43,512 nucleotides of DNA from Actinomycetota bacterium (GTDB lineage Bacteria; Actinomycetota; Actinomycetes; Mycobacteriales; Jatrophihabitantaceae): positions 1 through 43,512 of the forward strand of contig JBKOXO010000034.1 of assembly GCA_046744105.1 (NCBI GenBank). The letters are read 5' to 3'. Below are positions 34,786 to 40,501 of the stretch, piece by piece. How positions within the stretch are numbered: the first letter of the stretch is position 1; every line of letters starts with the position of its first letter. The position numbers were made by a program, and so were the translations under genes. Below the pieces are notes generated by a model. The model searched no databases, had not been told where the DNA came from, and saw only the letters and a program-made list of their open reading frames with translations.

Positions 34786-36036
34786 CTATACCGCCAGTTG
34801 TGAACGGTCACAATGAAAAGTTCCGGCGGCGCGCCCGGAGAGTGGCACACCGATCCCGCGCTCCGTCGGCCCGAAGGTGACGCAGCCGATCTCGACCGGG
34901 TGCCCGGCTCGGTGCTGGCCGGGCAACGCAGGACAGTCGGCTTCCGCCCACGCAGCCTCGACTCCGGGCTCGCTCACGAGCCTCCTCGGCGCGCTGCGGG
35001 ACGAGAGCGGGACGCTGTCGGTGGCGCCGAACTCTGCCTGGCAACAAGCGTGGCCGGGACTCGTTCCGGCAGCGGGGCGCGTTCGGACTCGCCCTCCATG
35101 ATTTTCGACGAGCAGCTTCAGGCCGCGCCGGCCGACCTCGTCGAAGTCCTGGTGGACGGTCGTCAGCGAGGGGGTCAGGAACTTCGATTCGGGGATGTTG
35201 TCGAAGCCGACGATGCTGATGTCAGCGGGGACGCGCAGGTCGCGCTCGTAGAAGGCGTGCATGACGCCGAGCGCCATCTGGTCGTTGGCGGCGAAGACCG
35301 CGGTTACCTCGGGGTAGTCGGCGAGGTCGAGCCCGGCCCGATAACCCGATTCCGGGCTCCAGTCGCCACGCAGCAGCGGCGGGGCCGCGGCGCCCGAGTC
35401 GGCGAGACTTGCTCGCCATCCTTCGATGCGTTCGCGGGCCTCGAGCAAGTCAGCGGGACCGGCGACGTGCCACACGGTGCGATGACCGAGCGACAGCAGG
35501 TGCTCGGTGGCCGACCGGGCGCCGCTGAACTGGTCGACCGACACCACCGGGGTCTCTCCGCTGTACCCGGCCTCGGCAGCAACCAGCGGCAGGCCTGGTC
35601 GCAGGTCGCGCAGTCCCTGGGCGGCGCCCTCGCGGGGCGCGATGACGATCGCCCCGTCGACCGGCTGCCCGGCCAGCGCAGCAACCGCGGAGCGGACCGA
35701 CGTCGCGTCCAGGTTGGCGAGGCTGCTGATGGTGACCGCATAACCAGCCGTCCGGGCGGCATGCTCGACTGCGAGCAGGGTCGACGCGGGCCCGAACAGC
35801 CGGGTATCGAAACTGATCACCCCGATCGTGCGGGAGCGTCGGGTGACCAGGCCGCGGGCCAGCGCGTTGGGGCGGTAGTTGAGCTGGCGGATGGCCTGCT
35901 GGACACGCTCCCGCGTGGCTTCGCGGACATTGGGGTGGTTGTTGAGCACCCGAGAGACCGTCTGATGTGAAACGCCGGCGAGGCGGGCGACATCGTGCAT
36001 GATCGCCGGCCGCGGAGCCGGCTCGCTCATGCTCAT
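34786..36036 (-). CDS. LacI family transcriptional regulator with a frameshifted 3' end (frame-corrected stop would be at 34974)
   Basis: HTH MHDVARLAGVSHQTVSRVLNNHPNV and a full sugar-binding core up to GLKLLVE. After the A4 run (T-run 35102-35105 on the + strand) the ORF reads junk for ~110 aa. The other frame gives IMEGESERAPLPERVPATLVARQSSAPP, a canonical LacI C-terminus, followed by an Arg-rich tail (TASRSRPAARRGGS) before TGA. Confidence 0.8.
   Translation of the reverse strand: MSMSEPAPRPAIMHDVARLAGVSHQTVSRVLNNHPNVREATRERVQQAIRQLNYRPNALARGLVTRRSRTIGVISFDTRLFGPASTLLAVEHAARTAGYAVTISSLANLDATSVRSAVAALAGQPVDGAIVIAPREGAAQGLRDLRPGLPLVAAEAGYSGETPVVSVDQFSGARSATEHLLSLGHRTVWHVAGPADLLEARERIEGWRASLADSGAAAPPLLRGDWSPESGYRAGLDLADYPEVTAVFAANDQMALGVMHAFYERDLRVPADISIVGFDNIPESKFLTPSLTTVHQDFDEVGRRGLKLLVENHGGRVRTRPAAGTSPGHACCQAEFGATDSVPLSSRSAPRRLVSEPGVEAAWAEADCPALPGQHRAGHPVEIGCVTFGPTERGIGVPLSGRAAGTFHCDRSQLAV
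34798..34813. promoter_or_regulatory. Second lac-type palindrome TTGTGAACGGTCACAA (arms identical to the site at 25103-25118)
   Basis: Read directly. It lies at the 3' side of LacI-2, inside the junk-like C-terminal extension of the ORF. Confidence 0.45.
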
Positions 36037-36434
36037 CGACGAAACCCTTCAAGGCCTACCGCTGACAATAGCGCTGGCAAACCCTTGACACTGGCGAATG
36101 TTAACGCACACACTTGCCCTCGGGCCAGGTCCCTTGCGCAAAGCGTCACTAGAGACAGCTGTCCTTACATCTTCTGGTATCGAGAGCCGCGCCGAGTGAA
36201 CGGTAACGCCGAGGACGTCGCGATGCGGAGCCGATCGACCAGCTCACCCAGGATCGCCGCTGGCCGCTGGCCGGCCAACACGTCCAGCACGGCCCACACT
36301 CCACCCGCAGCGCCCGAGCACCTCCTCGCCGTAGCCCGGCGGGCGAGGCGCCCGCGGACAAGGCTCAGCCGCCGGCTCACGGCCAGCCGAGCTCGGCTCA
36401 GTCGAGCACGAGGCACGTAGGAGGTTGATCGAAC

Positions 36435-39400
36435 ATGTTCCGGTCCCCCGTCCGACGCATACGGCTCAAGACCCTCGCCGCGGGTTTAGCGATCGCGCTC
36501 GTGCCGATTGGCGTCACGTTCGCCACGGCCACAGCGGCGCACGCGGCGGATCCGGTCGCCCCGCCTAGACCGCAGGGCCCATGCGACATCTACGCCGCCG
36601 CCGGCACGCCCTGCGTGGCCGCGCACAGCACCACGCGGGCGCTTTCCGCCTCCTACAACGGGCCGCTGTACCAGGTCATGCGCCTGTCGGACAAGCAGGT
36701 CAAGGATGTCGGCGTCGTCGCCCCTCGCGCCTTGCCGTTCCCGGATGCGGGTGGGTATGCCGACGCGGCCGCACAGGACGCGTTCTGCGCCAACACGACC
36801 TGCCTCATCACCAAGGTCTACGACCAATCGCCCATGCACAACGACCTCACCCAGGCGCCCCGCGGCGCATTCAGCGGTCCCGCAATGGGCGGATTCAACA
36901 ATCTCCCGATCGCTGACATGGCGCCGGTCACGCTCAGCGGCCACAAGGCCTACGGCGTGTTCATCGAGCCCGGCATGGGGCTGCGCAACAACGACACCAG
37001 AGGCATCGCCGTCGACGACCAGCCGGAGGGCATGTACTGGGTCCTTGACGGCCAGCACTTCAACGACGGCTGCTGTTTCGACTACGGCAACGCCGAGATC
37101 GACAGCCGCGACGACGGCAACGGCACCATGGAAACCAGCTACTTCGGCAACGCCACGGCCTGGTATCACGGGCCGCCTCCCGGCCCGTGGATCATGACCG
37201 ACCAGGAGAACAACCTGGTGGGTTGCGTCAACCCGGGCACGACTTCCAAGCTGTGCGCAGACCTGCCGAGCATCACCTCGCGATTCGTGACCGCCGTGGC
37301 CAAGGGCGAACCGCACCACTGGGCCTCACTTGGCGGCGACGCGCAGCAGGGTGCCCTGTCGACCATGTTCGACGGACCGCGCGTCGACTCCACCTATGAC
37401 CCGATGCGCAAGCAGGGCGCCATCGTCCTGGGCAACGGCGGAGACAACAGCAACGCATCGCAGGGCACCTTCTACGAAGGCGTGATGACGGCCGGGTACC
37501 CGTCGGACAGCGTCGACCAGCAGGTGCAGGCCAATGTCGTGGCTGCCAAGTACGACGTACAGCGACTCCGCCTGTCGCCGGCTTCGGCATCGACCACTCC
37601 GCCCGGGCTGCAGACCTTCGTGCCGGGTTCGAGCCAGGATGTCACGGAGACGTTCACGAACACCACCGGGTCGACCGCGGTGGACGTGAAGTTGAGCCTG
37701 TCGCTTCCGGACAAGCAGTGGACCTCTTTCGTTTCGGGCACGACAGACACGTCGATGACCTTCGATTCGGTCGCGCCCGGTGCGAGCGTGAACGCGACCT
37801 TCCGGGTCACCTCCGGGCTGGTCGCGTTCAATGGTGATCTAGTCGGTAACGCCGCTTGGACGAACCCCACGAACGGTGCCAGACGATCCGAGACCACGAC
37901 CGCGAAGGTCCGCAACGTCGGCCCGATCAAGATCAACGAGTTCCGCAGCGGCACCAGCAGCAACTCGACGAACTCGTTCATCGAGCTCTACAACGCGAGC
38001 GCCAGTGCCGTTGATATCTCCAACTGGACGCTGACCGAGCACCCCACCCAGCAGGCCGTCTTCTCCACGGTGACCGTCCCGGCCGGGACAACGCTTGCCG
38101 GCCACGGCCACTACCTGCTCGGCCTGGCCAACTCCGGACTCGCAGCCCCCGCCAGCGCGGGCGACAGCACCGTCAGCGTCCGGAGCACGAGCGGCATGGC
38201 GCTCGGCCAACAGGTCCAGATCGGCACCGGCTCCGCGGCGGAGACCCGCACGATCACCCACATCACCAACTCTGGTGCGACCGGGCCGCGGGTACCGGGC
38301 GAGATCGGCAACGCCGTCAAGCTCAACGGCAGCGGCGAGTACGTCAACCTGCCCTCCGGCATCGTCAGCGGCCTGTCGGACTTCACGGTCTCCGCGTGGG
38401 TCAACCCGGCCGCCAACTCGGCCTGGTCCCGGGTGTTCGACTTCGGCACCGGGACCGGCAACTACATGTTCCTCACGCTCAGCGCCGGCGGCGGCCCGCT
38501 CCGCTTCGCCATCACCACCGGCGGCAACGGTGTGGAGCAGCAGATCAACGGTCCCGGCACGCTGCCGCTGAACACCTGGTCGCACGTGGCTGTGACGCTG
38601 TCCGGCACCACCGGGACGCTGTACGTGAACGGCCAGCCGGTGGGGACCAACAACAACATGACCCTCACCCCCGCCGGTCTGGGCGCCACCACCCAGGACT
38701 GGATCGGCCGGTCGCAGTTCGGCGCCGACCCGTTCCTGGCGGCCACCGTCGACGACTTCCAGATCTACAGCCACGCACTGTCCCCGACTGAGATCGCCGC
38801 GCTGGCCGGTGGGCAGCCCGGTGCCGGCGACGTCGCCTCGTACAAGTTCGACGAGGATTCCGGTGAAACCGCGCTGGATTCGTCGGGCAACGGCCGCAAC
38901 GCGACAATCGTCAGCGCGCCGAGCGTCAGCACACCGCTGTGGCAGCCGCTGCCGGACGGTCCGGTGATCACGATCCCGGCAGGCTCGACAAACGTGCCGG
39001 TCACGAGCACGTCCGGCTTCACGGTCGGCCAGAAGATGGCCATCGGCTACGGCGATACGTTCGAGCAGGCCACGGTCACCGCCATCGGGCGGCCGGGCAC
39101 CCAAGCCCGGCTCTCGGCGCCGGCGGCCACGGGCGCGACGAACATCAAGATCACCTCCACCGCCAACATCACGGCCGGTGACACGATCAGGCTCGACATC
39201 GGGTCGAAGATCGAGACCGTCACGGTCGCTGCGGTCGGCACCTCCGGCGCGGGCGGCACGGGCCTCACCTTGGCCGCCCCGCTGAGGTTCAACCACTCAT
39301 CCAACCTTCCCTTCAGCGACCGCGGGACCGGGATCAGCTTCGCTCCGGCGACGCGCTTCCCACACCCGAGCAACGAGCCGGTGCAGGCGTTGGGCAGCGG

Positions 39401-40457
39401 GATCACGCTCGACAGCCCGCTCGCACAGGGCCACGCGATCAACACACCGGTGCGGGACGCCGTGGTCACGAACGCGGGCTACCAGGGCACGCCGGCACCC
39501 GACCAGTGGTTCGGGGGCCCGGTCCTCTCCTCCAGTGCCGGCAACATGGTGCTGCGCGACGCCGGGGGCCGAGTAGCCGACAGCCTCAACTACGGAAGCC
39601 TCGTCGACCCGTGGACCGCCGAGGGCTACCAAGGCGCCTCCGGAGCGGGGCGGAACGGCTGCCAGGTGCCCAACCCCAGCGCCGGAAGGAGCGCGATCCG
39701 CTTCCCGGACGGCACCGACACCGACAGCAACTGCACCGATTTCGTGACGACCGGCAGTCCCACGCCCGGTGCGGCCAACACCATCCCGACCGCAACCCGG
39801 TCGCCCGGGCAGCCCGGGTTCGGCAACGCGGTGCCCTTGAACGGATCGGCGCCCAACCAGTACGTCAACCTGCCGCAAGGCATCGTGAGCAACCTGACCG
39901 ACTTCTCGATCGCGGCCTGGGTCAATCCCGGCACCACCTCGGGTCAGACCTGGGCTCGCATCTTCGACTTCGGCTCTGGCACGTCGGACTTCATGTTCCT
40001 CACCGTCAACGCTGGCGGTGCCGGCCTGCGGTTCGACATCAACTCCCAAGGAGGAACCTCACAGATGATCGGCGGCACCGGCCTGCAGCTCCCCACCGGG
40101 TGGCAACATGTCGCGGTCACCTTGTCCGGCAACACGGGAACGCTGTGGGTGAACGGCATGCCGGTCGCCACCAACACCAACATGACCCAGCGGCCCGCCG
40201 ACCTGGGCAACACCAACCAGAACTGGATCGGTCGGTCCCAGTTCAGTGCTGACCCGCTCCTTTCCGCGGCGGTCGACGAGTTCCAGATCTACAACCGCGC
40301 GCTGTCCCAGGCTGAGATCCAGTCGCTGATGACCTCGCCCGGCGGGACCACCGGCGGCGGCAACGTGGCCTGGTACCGATTCGACGAGGACGGCGGCGCG
40401 CCAGCCGTCGACTCCTCGGGGAACGGCAACGACGCAACGGTCGTCACGTCCTTCTAA
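36435..40457 (+). CDS. Secreted multidomain GH54 alpha-L-arabinofuranosidase: GH54 catalytic - NEW3 - lamin-tail domain split by inserted repeats and LamG - second LamG
   Basis: Signal peptide ...ATAAHAADP. The GH54 catalytic domain is alignable by eye to fungal AbfB (GPCDIYAAAGTPCVAAHSTTRAL, FCANTTCLITKVYDQS, GCCFDYGNAEID, GPWIMTDQENNL, GDNSNASQGTFYEGVMTAGYPSD). NEW3-like region; LTD N-half IKINEFRSG...FIELYNASASAVDISNWTL; LamG at ~38298-38912; LTD C-half ~39505-39780; LamG at ~39816-40454. Confidence 0.85.
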   Translation: MFRSPVRRIRLKTLAAGLAIALVPIGVTFATATAAHAADPVAPPRPQGPCDIYAAAGTPCVAAHSTTRALSASYNGPLYQVMRLSDKQVKDVGVVAPRALPFPDAGGYADAAAQDAFCANTTCLITKVYDQSPMHNDLTQAPRGAFSGPAMGGFNNLPIADMAPVTLSGHKAYGVFIEPGMGLRNNDTRGIAVDDQPEGMYWVLDGQHFNDGCCFDYGNAEIDSRDDGNGTMETSYFGNATAWYHGPPPGPWIMTDQENNLVGCVNPGTTSKLCADLPSITSRFVTAVAKGEPHHWASLGGDAQQGALSTMFDGPRVDSTYDPMRKQGAIVLGNGGDNSNASQGTFYEGVMTAGYPSDSVDQQVQANVVAAKYDVQRLRLSPASASTTPPGLQTFVPGSSQDVTETFTNTTGSTAVDVKLSLSLPDKQWTSFVSGTTDTSMTFDSVAPGASVNATFRVTSGLVAFNGDLVGNAAWTNPTNGARRSETTTAKVRNVGPIKINEFRSGTSSNSTNSFIELYNASASAVDISNWTLTEHPTQQAVFSTVTVPAGTTLAGHGHYLLGLANSGLAAPASAGDSTVSVRSTSGMALGQQVQIGTGSAAETRTITHITNSGATGPRVPGEIGNAVKLNGSGEYVNLPSGIVSGLSDFTVSAWVNPAANSAWSRVFDFGTGTGNYMFLTLSAGGGPLRFAITTGGNGVEQQINGPGTLPLNTWSHVAVTLSGTTGTLYVNGQPVGTNNNMTLTPAGLGATTQDWIGRSQFGADPFLAATVDDFQIYSHALSPTEIAALAGGQPGAGDVASYKFDEDSGETALDSSGNGRNATIVSAPSVSTPLWQPLPDGPVITIPAGSTNVPVTSTSGFTVGQKMAIGYGDTFEQATVTAIGRPGTQARLSAPAATGATNIKITSTANITAGDTIRLDIGSKIETVTVAAVGTSGAGGTGLTLAAPLRFNHSSNLPFSDRGTGISFAPATRFPHPSNEPVQALGSGITLDSPLAQGHAINTPVRDAVVTNAGYQGTPAPDQWFGGPVLSSSAGNMVLRDAGGRVADSLNYGSLVDPWTAEGYQGASGAGRNGCQVPNPSAGRSAIRFPDGTDTDSNCTDFVTTGSPTPGAANTIPTATRSPGQPGFGNAVPLNGSAPNQYVNLPQGIVSNLTDFSIAAWVNPGTTSGQTWARIFDFGSGTSDFMFLTVNAGGAGLRFDINSQGGTSQMIGGTGLQLPTGWQHVAVTLSGNTGTLWVNGMPVATNTNMTQRPADLGNTNQNWIGRSQFSADPLLSAAVDEFQIYNRALSQAEIQSLMTSPGGTTGGGNVAWYRFDEDGGAPAVDSSGNGNDATVVTSF
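38298..38912 (+). repeat. LamG module copy B (body + GDVASYKFDEDSGETALDSSGNGRNATIV tail)
   Basis: Paralogous to copies A, C and D. Confidence 0.7.
39816..40454 (+). repeat. LamG module copy C (body + GNVAWYRFDEDGGAPAVDSSGNGNDATVV tail, then stop)
   Basis: A 30-nt run, gacgagttccagatctacaaccgcgcgctg (40275-40304), is identical to 42536-42565 in copy D. Confidence 0.75.
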
Positions 40458-40501
40458 GGCCACTACGTGCTGGGCCAAGCCAGCACTCGGCCACCGGAAC
40501 G

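Noticed and set aside
36087-36125. TTGACA hexamer and GTTAAC-containing sequence upstream of LacI-2/GH54, considered as a promoter/operator pair.
   Set aside because: No acceptable -10 hexamer lies at 16-18 nt spacing, and the surrounding sequence is not a convincing palindrome (6/12 symmetric).
36165-36416. 83-aa minus-strand ORF in the 400-nt LacI-2/GH54 intergenic region. Its segment AVLDVLAGQRPAAILGELVDRLRIATSS faintly resembles a winged-helix regulator.
   Set aside because: It is too short, Arg-rich at the N-terminus, has no RBS and shows only weak resemblance. It may be a gene relic or just GC-rich leader DNA, and I cannot support a call.
40253-40501. Idea that the GH127-like ORF is expressed by programmed -1 frameshifting from the end of the GH54 gene. 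Frame 2 is open from 40253, and the GH127 ORF lacks an RBS and signal peptide.
   Set aside because: I found no X-XXY-YYZ slippery heptamer or downstream structure in this stretch. The frame-2 translation of the overlap is Arg-rich junk, so truncation is the simpler explanation.
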